Below are positions 20,352 to 30,451 of a stretch of 32,000 nt of DNA, in pieces. Numbering within the stretch: the first letter of the stretch is position 1; every line of letters starts with the position of its first letter. The stretch is taken from positions 30,001 through 62,000 of the forward strand of contig NC_000918.1 of assembly GCF_000008625.1 (NCBI RefSeq), written 5' to 3'. The DNA is from Aquifex aeolicus VF5 (GTDB lineage Bacteria; Aquificota; Aquificia; Aquificales; Aquificaceae). The notes beneath the pieces are model-generated. The model was not told the DNA's origin and made no database searches. It worked only from the letters and a program-made list of their open reading frames with translations. The position numbers and the translations under genes are program-made.

Positions 20352-20395
20352 GTTAAAAGATTTTAATATAATAAAGTTCTCTCGGAGGTAGAAGA

Positions 20396-20605
20396 ATGGC
20401 TGATAGTGAGATTTGTGGAAAGAGACCTGTTGTCGGAAGGAGAGTCACCTTATCGGGTGAGAGGAACAGAAGGATTTTTAAACCGAACGTCCATAAGATG
20501 AGGGTAATGCTCCCGGATGGAACGGTAAAGAGGATGTACGTGTGCACCAAGTGCCTCAAGGCGGGTAAGGTAATGAAAGCACCCAGAATTCCCAAGGAAG
20601 GTTAA
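20396..20605 (+). CDS. rpmB: 50S ribosomal protein L28
   Basis: CGKRPVVGRRVTLSGERNRRIFKPNVHK..V...DG..KRMYVCTKCLKAG. GGAGG at 20384-20388 and TATAAT at 20367-20372. Confidence 0.9.
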   Translation: MADSEICGKRPVVGRRVTLSGERNRRIFKPNVHKMRVMLPDGTVKRMYVCTKCLKAGKVMKAPRIPKEG

Positions 20606-21801
20606 TGTCTTTAAGGTATTTGAGATTTCTGACAGCCGGAGAGTCCCACGGTAAGGGTTTGACCGCAATACTGGAGGGTATACCCGCAAACTTACCCCTT
20701 TCCGAAGAGGAAATAAACCACGAACTCAGGAGAAGGCAAAGGGGATACGGGCGCGGCGGTCGTATGAAGATAGAAAAGGACACCGCGGAAATACTCTCGG
20801 GTGTCAGGTTCGGAAAAACCCTCGGCTCTCCCATAGCCCTCTTTATAAGGAACAGGGACTGGGAAAACTGGAAGGAAAAGATGGCGATAGAGGGGGAACC
20901 CTCCCCTTCCGTTGTTCCCTTCACGAGACCCCGCCCGGGGCACGCTGACCTCTCCGGAGGGATTAAGTACAACCAGAGGGATTTGAGGAACATTTTAGAG
21001 AGGGCTTCTGCAAGAGAGACAGCTGCAAGAGTTGCGGTAGGAGCTGTTTGTAAAAAGTTCCTCTCTGAATTTGGTATAAAGATCGGGAGTTTCGTTGTAA
21101 GCATAGGCCAAAAGGAAGTGGAGGAGTTAAAAGACAAAAGCTACTTTGCCAATCCTGAAAAACTCCTTTCTTACCACGAGAAAGCGGAAGATTCGGAACT
21201 CAGGATTCCCTTCCCGGAGAAGGACGAGGAGTTTAAAACCTACATAGACGAGGTGAAGGAAAAGGGAGAGAGTTTAGGAGGAGTTTTCGAAGTTTTTGCC
21301 CTGAACGTCCCTCCGGGACTCGGTTCTCACATCCAGTGGGACAGAAGGATTGACGGAAGGATAGCTCAGGCGATGATGAGCATTCAGGCCATTAAAGGCG
21401 TTGAGATAGGACTTGGTTTTGAAGCCGCGAGGAGGTTCGGCTCTCAGGTTCACGACGAGATAGGCTGGAGTGAAGGGAAGGGCTACTTCAGGCATTCTAA
21501 CAACCTCGGAGGAACGGAAGGAGGGATCACAAACGGCATGCCGATAGTTGTGAGAGTCGCGATGAAACCCATACCGACTTTAAAGAACCCTTTAAGGAGT
21601 GTTGATATAGAAACAAAGGAAGAGATGAAAGCAGGAAAGGAGAGGACGGATATAGTAGCAGTTCCCGCGGCATCTGTCGTGGGAGAAGCTATGCTCGCCA
21701 TAGTTCTCGCGGATGCACTCCTTGAAAAACTCGGCGGAGACTTTATGGAAGAAGTAAAAAAGAGGTTTGAGGATTACGTGAACCACGTTAAGAGTTTCTA
21801 A
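20605..21801 (+). CDS. aroC: chorismate synthase
   Basis: LRFLTAGESHGKGLTAILEGIPA, RRQRGYGRGGRM, RPGHADL, RASARETAARVA, GG.EGGI.NG. The ATG shares 1 nt with the rpmB stop (TAATG). Confidence 0.96.
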   Translation: MSLRYLRFLTAGESHGKGLTAILEGIPANLPLSEEEINHELRRRQRGYGRGGRMKIEKDTAEILSGVRFGKTLGSPIALFIRNRDWENWKEKMAIEGEPSPSVVPFTRPRPGHADLSGGIKYNQRDLRNILERASARETAARVAVGAVCKKFLSEFGIKIGSFVVSIGQKEVEELKDKSYFANPEKLLSYHEKAEDSELRIPFPEKDEEFKTYIDEVKEKGESLGGVFEVFALNVPPGLGSHIQWDRRIDGRIAQAMMSIQAIKGVEIGLGFEAARRFGSQVHDEIGWSEGKGYFRHSNNLGGTEGGITNGMPIVVRVAMKPIPTLKNPLRSVDIETKEEMKAGKERTDIVAVPAASVVGEAMLAIVLADALLEKLGGDFMEEVKKRFEDYVNHVKSF

Positions 21802-21802
21802 G

Positions 21803-22405
21803 ATGAAGATACTCTCGATAGACACATCTTTTTCCTTTATAAACTTCAGCGTAATAGAAGAGGAAAAAGTAACTTTTTTACATTATTTAAAGAGTAATAA
21901 AAAAACCCTGGAACTTTTGCCGAAAATCTTTGAAGAACTGTGTATAAGACCTGAAAACTTTGACGCTTTTGCAGTTTCAGTAGGAGTGGGTTACTTAACC
22001 TCCCTGAGGATAGGCGTAACTTTTGTAAAAACCTGGGCCTATACCTTAGGAAAACCCGTAGTTTCCTACAAAAATTTAGAACTTCTTGCTAAAAAAACTC
22101 CCGTTCCTTTTCCCAAAATCCCATACCTTAAGGTGGGAAGTAACGTCTTTTATCAGATTTTTGAGGAAAGTTCTTCAAGCGAGGTTAAGGTTTTCAAAGG
22201 AGAAGAGTTAAGAGGCTACGGTATAAGCTTAAAAGAATTTGAAGATATAAAACTGGGAGAAAAGCAGTTCTTTCACGATATCTTCCCTTTTTCAGCATAC
22301 GGAGGAATTTACGCTTATGAATTTTTAAAAGAAAATCCCGAAGGTGAAAACGTTTTTGAAATAGAGCCTATATACGTAAAGCCACCCTATCACGTCAAAG
22401 ATTGA
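21803..22405 (+). CDS. tsaB: tRNA t6A37 biosynthesis protein TsaB (YeaZ) family
   Basis: MKILSIDTSFS..., FAVSVGVGYLTSLRIGVTFVKTWAYTLGKPVV.Y.NLELLA resembles the TsaB core (a divergent G.GS.TGLRIG). Confidence 0.7.
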   Translation: MKILSIDTSFSFINFSVIEEEKVTFLHYLKSNKKTLELLPKIFEELCIRPENFDAFAVSVGVGYLTSLRIGVTFVKTWAYTLGKPVVSYKNLELLAKKTPVPFPKIPYLKVGSNVFYQIFEESSSSEVKVFKGEELRGYGISLKEFEDIKLGEKQFFHDIFPFSAYGGIYAYEFLKENPEGENVFEIEPIYVKPPYHVKD

Positions 22406-23406
22406 GAGATTATCTTTTCAATTTTCTCGTTCAATTCCTCTAAATTCGGGTTTTCAAGAGGTTTAGAAAATATAAATCCCTGCACAAAGTCCGTTCCCAT
22501 GTAAAGCACCGTTTTTAACTCCTCCAAGGTCTCAACACCTTCTGAAACGACTTTTATGTTGTTCTCGTGGGCGAGCCTTATGAGGTAATTCACTATAACT
22601 TTCTTCATACTGTGCTTGTGAATATCCCTTATCAACTCCATGTCTATCTTTATGATGTCGGGTCCTAGTTCCGAAAGGTAGAATAGCCCGGAATATCCCG
22701 AACCTACGTCGTCAAGTGCAATCTTCACCCCTTCGCTCTTCAGAAAGGAAATCAGACTCTTTACAGCACTTATTTCAAGCTCTTCGTACTCTGTTAATTC
22801 CACTACTACCTGCCTTGGACTTACGTCGTGCATGTAAAGGGTAGAGATAAAATCTCCAAAGACCTTCAAGGGTTCCCTCAAGAACCGCGGGTGGAAGTTC
22901 AAGAAAAGCCACATGTCTTCTTTTAGAAACTTTCTGGCATTTTTTAAAGCCATGTACCTGCAGAAGTTTTCGGAAAATTCGGAGGTGCTCTTCCCCATGT
23001 TTATCAGGTCAACGATCTTTATAGGCGGTCTGCAGAGTGCTTCAAAAGCTTTAACTCTTTTTTCTTTAACGTCAACGATAGGATGAAACAGGGTTTTAGT
23101 GTCTATAAATATGTTCCCGAGGCTGTGGTATATGACCTTGTCTATTAAGTTCGTAACGGGTTCTGCCTTGGAAATCGCCTTCACTATATTTTCGCAATCG
23201 TTACCAACTTCCCCCTGATAAACTTTTAGGTCCTTTAATGTGTTTTCGTCCATTTCAGAAAGGAGGTAGAGAATTTCCTCGTCTTTTAAACCTGCGGTTA
23301 TTACGGCTGTGCCTGTGCGTCTTGTTTTTGCACCTGTGCTATGTAGACTTTCCTCAAACTCCCTTGCCTTCTCTTCATCTTTGAAAAGAAAAAGTATTTC
23401 TTCCAT
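22390..23406 (-). CDS. EAL-domain c-di-GMP phosphodiesterase with an uncharacterised ~100-aa N-terminal region
   Basis: FEALCRP, ELTEYE, DDVGSGYSGLFYLSELGPDIIKIDMELIRDI, VSEGVETLEEL, VQGFIFSKP. All the catalytic EAL motifs that I recall are present. Confidence 0.85.
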   Translation of the reverse strand: MEEILFLFKDEEKAREFEESLHSTGAKTRRTGTAVITAGLKDEEILYLLSEMDENTLKDLKVYQGEVGNDCENIVKAISKAEPVTNLIDKVIYHSLGNIFIDTKTLFHPIVDVKEKRVKAFEALCRPPIKIVDLINMGKSTSEFSENFCRYMALKNARKFLKEDMWLFLNFHPRFLREPLKVFGDFISTLYMHDVSPRQVVVELTEYEELEISAVKSLISFLKSEGVKIALDDVGSGYSGLFYLSELGPDIIKIDMELIRDIHKHSMKKVIVNYLIRLAHENNIKVVSEGVETLEELKTVLYMGTDFVQGFIFSKPLENPNLEELNEKIEKIISQSLT

Positions 23407-23422
23407 GTTATCCTTTCCAGAA

Positions 23423-25133
<1,711 letters not shown>

Positions 25134-25134
25134 C

Positions 25135-25161
25135 GTTGCAACAGTGTTGCAACACTGCAAC
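25135..25161 (+). promoter_or_regulatory. candidate enhancer (UAS): GTTGCAAC palindromes
   Basis: GTTGCAAC at 25135-25142 and 25146-25153, 11 bp centre to centre. The perfect 14-bp palindrome AGTGTTGCAACACT spans 25143-25156. A third TGCAAC is at 25156-25161. The site lies about 55-70 bp upstream of the -24 element. Confidence 0.6.
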
Positions 25162-25203
25162 ACCTTCCTGAAACGCCCTTGTTGAAAATCAAAGGGAAAA
25201 GTT

Positions 25204-25219
25204 TGGCACGGAGTTTGCA
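25204..25219 (+). promoter_or_regulatory. sigma-54 (-24/-12) promoter TGGCACGGAGTTTGCA
   Basis: TTGGCACGGAGTTTGCAA (25203-25220) fits YTGGCACGrNNNTTGCW at every specified position. The spacing is GG (25205-06)-N10-GC (25217-18). It sits 37 nt before ATG 25256, with AAGGAGGTG at 25241-25249. Confidence 0.85.
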
Positions 25220-25255
25220 ATTAAAAAATGTGAAAACCAAAAGGAGGTGTGAAGC

Positions 25256-25597
25256 ATGGCAACACTTAGCAAGTTAAAGGAACTTATGTCAATACCCGGT
25301 GCAGTTGCCGCGGGTGAGTTTAGCGACGATGGAAGGCTTCTAGCCTACTACGGCGACATAGACGAGAAGTCCGCGGAGATAGCCGCCATGATGTGTGCAG
25401 CTAACAAGATGATGGGTAACATGCAGGCAAAGGGCTGGAGTGCTTACACGGGCAAGGACGGCTTTTACCCGGTTATAGGTTTTGCGGTTGCGGGAGGCAA
25501 GTACGCAGCCTGCATAATGGGAAACGTAGGTGTTTTCGTAGAGCTTGATAAAGCTGACTTTGACAAAATTTTTGAAACCCTTTCCAAGTTCATTTAA
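25256..25597 (+). CDS. roadblock/LC7-like small protein (DUF2173-like), paralog A
   Basis: 113 aa. The N-terminal L..L..IPGAVAAGEFSDDGRL pattern is the roadblock/MglB-type signature. Strong SD. Paralogous to the next gene. Confidence 0.7.
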   Translation: MATLSKLKELMSIPGAVAAGEFSDDGRLLAYYGDIDEKSAEIAAMMCAANKMMGNMQAKGWSAYTGKDGFYPVIGFAVAGGKYAACIMGNVGVFVELDKADFDKIFETLSKFI

Positions 25598-25611
25598 AAG
25601 GAGGTGGAGCG

Positions 25612-25947
25612 ATGGCAAACTTAGACAAACTTTTACAAATTAAGGGAGTTTTCGCAGCAGGCGAGTTCTCAGATGACGGAAAGCTCGTGGCTTACAAGGG
25701 TGATATAACCGAAGAAGAAGCCGCTATGGCTGCGGAAATGTGTGCAGCAAACAACGCCATGGCCAAGATGCAGGCTGATGGCTACACAGCCTTTTCCGGA
25801 AAAGAGTGGACTCCCCTTGTAGGATGGGCACTCACGGGACCAAAGTACTCGGTTTGCGTTGTTGGAAACGTAGGAGTCTTTGTAAAGAACGATGAAGTTT
25901 CCTTTAACGAAGTATTCAAAGCTTTGAGGGAGGAGGCGGGCAAGTAA
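25612..25947 (+). CDS. roadblock/LC7-like small protein (DUF2173-like), paralog B
   Basis: 111 aa. By hand alignment about 56 of 113 positions are identical to paralog A (AAGEFSDDG, MCAAN, MQA.G, GNVGVFV). SD AAGGAGGTGGAG upstream. Confidence 0.7.
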   Translation: MANLDKLLQIKGVFAAGEFSDDGKLVAYKGDITEEEAAMAAEMCAANNAMAKMQADGYTAFSGKEWTPLVGWALTGPKYSVCVVGNVGVFVKNDEVSFNEVFKALREEAGK

Positions 25948-25986
25948 TCTCTTTTCCTTTCTCTTTACCACTTTTTGGAGGATAGA

Positions 25987-26379
25987 ATGGCTTACAAGTT
26001 TCTTTCAGAAGACTGGATAAAGGCGTACGCAGAGGAGTGGAACAAAAACGAAAAGTTAATGAACGACCTCAAAAACTTCTCGGCGAGTATAAAGTACTAC
26101 GTGGAAGGTAAAGAAAATGACGCAGTGGAGCTGATAATTGAAAAGGGAAAGGCTGTTTCCGCAGGAAAGGCTGACCCTAATAAAAGGTACGACTTTGAAC
26201 TCTGGGCAAGTCTTGAGAACTGGAAAAAGCTCGCAACGGGGGAGATGGGCCCCAGAGCCGCGATGCTCACAAAGAGGTTAAAGTTTAAGGGTTCTATGAT
26301 TACAGCTATGAAGTACATGGGAGCCTTTGAAGAGAGCTTAAAGATGATGGGCAGAGTTCCGACGGTCTGGGATGTTTAA
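25987..26379 (+). CDS. SCP2 (sterol carrier protein 2) fold protein
   Basis: 130 aa from ATG 25987, with GGAGG 5 nt upstream (the track TTG start at 25975 is less likely). ...W..L..GEMGPRAAMLTKRLKFKGSMITAMKY resembles the SCP2 C-terminal signature. Confidence 0.7.
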   Translation: MAYKFLSEDWIKAYAEEWNKNEKLMNDLKNFSASIKYYVEGKENDAVELIIEKGKAVSAGKADPNKRYDFELWASLENWKKLATGEMGPRAAMLTKRLKFKGSMITAMKYMGAFEESLKMMGRVPTVWDV

Positions 26380-27964
26380 ATTTATAAACAAGGTGGATTT
26401 TAAAACATTTGACGAAATTTTTGACGGTGTTCTCGTAATAGATAAAAACAGGAGGATAGTTTTTGCTAACAAAAAGGCAAAAGAAATACTGGGGGAGGTA
26501 AAGGAGGGAGAGTCCTGCAGGGGGCTTTTTTCCATTTGTGAACACTGCCCTATGGAACTTGTTGAGGACTCAGAGCAAGGAGTTCAGGTTTACGACGTCC
26601 TGACGAAAAGGAAAAATCACGTGTGCCTCAGTATGAGTCCCCTCTTTGAGGGAGGGGAATTTACAGGAGTCCTTGAAGTTTTCAGGGATGTGAGCAAGGT
26701 AATCCACTACATGGAAGAGGTTAAAAGACAAAAGGAGTTTGTAGAAGTCGTACTTGACTCTATCGTGGAGGCTGTTCTCGTTCTGGACGAAAAAGGGAAC
26801 GTTATAAACCACAACGGGAACGCAAGCAAAGTTCTTTGTTCCAGGTTTGAAAGCATCACAGGAAAAAATCTGAAGGAAATAACTTCTCTGAGTCTGGAAG
26901 ACCTCCCGCCGGAAGGAGAAAGGGCGGACATTTACATAGAAACTCCCTGCGGTAGGCAAAAAGCCTCCGTTCTCCTCTCAAAACTGAAGCAGGGAAAGGG
27001 CTGGGTTCTTTCTCTATACATAGTTCCCGAGATATTCGCAGGTGAGGGAAACAAGTTAAAAATCGTTACAAAGAGTCCAAAGTTTCTGAAGGTTCTGGAA
27101 AAGGTAAAAACGATTTCCGAGATGAATGTAAACGTTTTGATCACTGGAGAGACGGGAACGGGAAAGAGCCTGCTCGCCAGATATATACACTACCTCTCTC
27201 CCAGGAGGGACAAGCCCTTCGTGAAGATAAACTGCGGTGCTATTCCTGAAAACTTACTTGAGGCGTAGCTCTTTGGCTACAACAAGGGAGCTTTTACAGG
27301 AGCAATTGCGAGTAAACCCGGAAAGGTAGAAATGGCAAACGGCGGAACACTTTTTCTGGATGAGATAGGAGAACTTCCGCTACACCTTCAGGTAAAGCTC
27401 CTCGGATTGATTCAGGACAAGGAGTTTGAAAGGATAGGAGATCTAAAACCGAGAAAGGCGGACGTTAGGATTATCGCGGCTACTAATAAAAACCTCAAAA
27501 AACTGGTAGAAGAAGGGAAATTCAGGGAGGACCTTTATTACAGGTTGAACGTCGTGAACGTGGAATTACCACCACTCAGGGAGAGGAAGGAGGATATACC
27601 TCACCTTGTGAGTTACTTCCTCGAGAAATTTTCAAAGATCCACGGGAAGAAGGTTAAGGGAGTATCTCCCGAAGCCATGAAACTGCTCTTAGAGTACGAT
27701 TATCCGGGAAACGTGAGGGAACTTGAAAACGCAATTGAACACGCTGTTGTGGTCTCAAGCACGAGTTTAATAGGACCCGACGACCTGCCTGAAGAGATAA
27801 GAATCGGAAGCAAAGTTAAGAAGAAGTTCAGGGAGAACGAGGAACTGGAGAAGATAAAAGAAGCCTTGGAAAGGGCTGGGGGAAACAAAAGCCTTGCGGC
27901 AAAGCTCTTGGGTATCCACAGGACCACTCTGTGGAGGAAGTTAAAGGAATACGGGCTTGCTTAG
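26372..27964 (+). pseudogene. sigma-54-dependent enhancer-binding protein (PAS-PAS-AAA+-Fis HTH) interrupted by one in-frame TAG (27266-27268)
   Basis: Walker A GETGTGKS, then [21 protein letters not shown] (canonical ESELFGH.KGAFTGA), Walker [27 protein letters not shown], and the [23 protein letters not shown]. The two track ORFs (26372-27268 and 27332-27964) are in the same frame. The start overlaps the SCP2 gene by 8 nt. Confidence 0.8.
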
Positions 27965-30366
27965 ACACTGCACGCCTCGCATTCCTCAATATCCATAGCC
28001 GAACGGCTCCTGAGGTAGTATATCGTCTTTAGTCCGAGTTCCCAGGCAAGTTCGTAGAGTCTGGAAAGCCTCGGCCCGTCTATGTTTTGAGGATCCACAA
28101 ATAGGTTCAGGCTCTGAGCCTGGTCTATCCACTTCTGCCTTACCGCCGCCGCCCTTATGGTCCACTCGTGGTCTATAGTGTAGGCGGTTTTGTAGTGCCA
28201 GTAGAACCTGTCTACCTCAGGAGGTACCTGAGGGAGTATCCCGGACATGTTCTCCTCTTTGTAGAACCTTGCGAATATCGGGTCTATTGAAGGAGTTGCC
28301 CCGAGTATCAGGGAAGTTGAACCAGTAGGCATAAGAGCGAGGAGGTACGCGTTCCTTATTCCATACTTCTTTATCTCCTCCGCGAGTTCCCTCCAAGGCA
28401 GGTTATTTCCGTTCTGTCTTGAGTTTTCCTCTATTTCCTCAACACTTCTTCCGAAGAGTATCCCCTTGCTCCAGTTTGAACCATCAAAGAGCTTGTACCT
28501 GCCCCTTTCCTTTGCAAGCTCCAGAGAACCTTTCAGTGCATAGAAGGCTATTAGTTCAAAGAGCTTGTCCGCAAACTTAAGGTGTTCTTCACTTTCCCAC
28601 TTTATCCCGTTCTTAACTAAACAGTAGTGGTAATTAGAAACTCCTATTCCTATGGCTCTGTAGCGCTTGTTAGTGTACTCAGCTTCGGGTATGGCGTAGA
28701 AGTTCATCTCTATTACGTTGTCAAGCATTCTCACAAGGAGTGGAAGAACTTCTTTTATCTCTTCTTCCGTATGAACTTTACCGAGGTTTACGGAACCGAG
28801 GTTGCAGACTGGAAGATCTCCCGCCTCCTTTTTGTAAGTTATCTCTCCGGTTTCTGGATCTAATACGGGCTTTTCGTGTTTAGAGGGAGACATTGTTTGT
28901 ACTATTTCATGGCATAAGTTACTACTGTAAACCATTCCCGTGTGTTTATTTGGATTCTTCCTGTTTGCCTCATCCCTGAAGAAGATGTAAGGTTCTCCCG
29001 TCTCAAAGGCTACCGTGAGAAGTCTCTTCCACAGTTCGAAGCTGTTTACCTTCTTCTTCGCATAAGAAGGTAGGTTTTCCTCAAGTTCAAGATACCACTT
29101 CTCAAATTCCTCTCCGTAGAAATCCTCAAGCCCTTTAGGTTCTAAGATATCCTGAGTTCCGTCTTCCTTTATGCCTACGTAGTAGTGACTTCCGGGAAGG
29201 GGTTTTACTTCCTTGTACTTTCCGTCGTAAATCTTTCTCGTTATGTACTGCCTTGCCCAATATGGGTCTATCAAGGTCCAGTCTTCCCTGTTTTTGAGTC
29301 TTTTCATAAAGAGGTCAGGGATTGATACTGCGGGGTGTATGTCGTGGGCTTTCTTTCTCTCGTCTCCAACGTTTGTCTTTACTTCCAGAAAGTCAAGTAT
29401 GTCCTTGTGCCAGATGTCCAGAGTGATGGAAGCGGAACCCTTCCTCATTCCGAGTTGGTCCACGTAGGTCATCGTGTCGTTTATGAGCTTTACTACGGGG
29501 ATTACTCCCGAAGAAGCTCCCTTGAACTTCCTTATGGGTGCTCCCGTTGCCCTTATCTTTCCGAGGTATACCCCGAGTCCCCCCGCAAACTTGGATATCA
29601 TTCCCGCTTTCTTTACGTTGTCAAATATGTCAAAGAGGTCATCGTCCACTGTAAGCACGAAGCAGGAGGAAAGTTGTGTGAAGGGTCTTCTCGCGTTCAT
29701 TAGGGTAGGCGTTGCAACGGTTACTTTGTGCTCAGAAAGGACGTCGTAAAATTTTTTCGCCCACTTTAGTCTTTCTTCCGGTTTTTCAGGAACTGCAAGT
29801 GTCATGGCAATGAGCATGTACATTTCTTGGGGAAGTTCTATTACTCTCCCCTCTTCGTCCCTTACCAGATATCTGTCGTAGAGTATCTTTATCCCTGTGT
29901 AGGTGAAGTAAAGGTCTCTTTCCGGCTTTATGTAGTTGGCGAGCTTATTGAAGTCCTCTTCGGAATAATTCTCAAGGAGGTACTCCCCGTATATTCCCTT
30001 CTCAACGTATTCTTTAACAAAACTGTAAAAGTTCTTTCTGTTATAGGGCTTGTACTTCCCGAGGTCGTCCCTAAGAGAATAACCTCTCAGGTGTGCAACG
30101 TCCTTGTAGAGATCGTAGAGAAGAAGTCTCGCCGCGGTGTACGTCCAGTCCGGCCTTTCGGCGGAAACTTTCTCCGCTGCAGTCTTTATTAAAAGCTGTT
30201 GTATTTCTTTCGTAGTTATGCCGTCCCTGAACTGTATCTGGGCATCAGCTTCGAGTTCTAAGGGGTCAACGTTCAGCCCCTCGCACGCAAACTTAATGGC
30301 TATCCTTATCTTGTTGATATCTAATTTTTCTTTCCTCCCGCTTCTCTTGATTACATACATTGTCAT
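27961..30366 (-). CDS. nrdA: ribonucleoside-diphosphate reductase class Ia, alpha subunit
   Basis: 801 aa. N-terminal ATP-cone [16 protein letters not shown], active-site SSNLCHEI, and a C-terminal Cys pair ECEACSV. No nrdB in the window. Confidence 0.93.
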
Positions 30367-30451
30367 GATTTGAGAATTCTACCTCTCTTCAAGAAAATTT
30401 TTGATTGTCCGTGTCATAGCCGGGCGAAAATTATTCATAAGACAGCATTTT

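Noticed and set aside
20556-21137. 193-aa ORF antisense to aroC. Similar antisense ORFs occur at 15040-15555 and 15245-15523 (rpoA), 8546-8875 and 8569-8853 (PRTase), 26570-26959 (activator), 29335-29703 and 29827-30192 (nrdA), and 1237-1572 (bamA).
   Set aside because: Each lies entirely inside a gene with clear family motifs on the opposite strand. They have Ser/Pro/Leu/Phe-rich low-complexity translations, no SD and no recognisable motif. They are typical shadow ORFs.
25182-25200. IHF site (WATCAANNNNTTR) between the enhancer and the sigma-54 promoter.
   Set aside because: AAATCAAAGGGAAA has the ATCAA core but lacks the TTR part. The opposite strand does not fit either. I kept only the palindrome observation.
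27961-30366. Intein or other insertion in nrdA (801 aa is somewhat long).
   Set aside because: There are no intein block motifs (no Cys/Ser-start ... HN-Cys/Ser/Thr junction with an endonuclease region). The extra length is accounted for by the ATP-cone and ordinary loop insertions.
30367-30451. NrdR box or cobalamin riboswitch upstream of nrdA.
   Set aside because: There is no acaCwAtATaTwGtgt-like palindrome, and 85 nt is too short and too unstructured for a B12 riboswitch.
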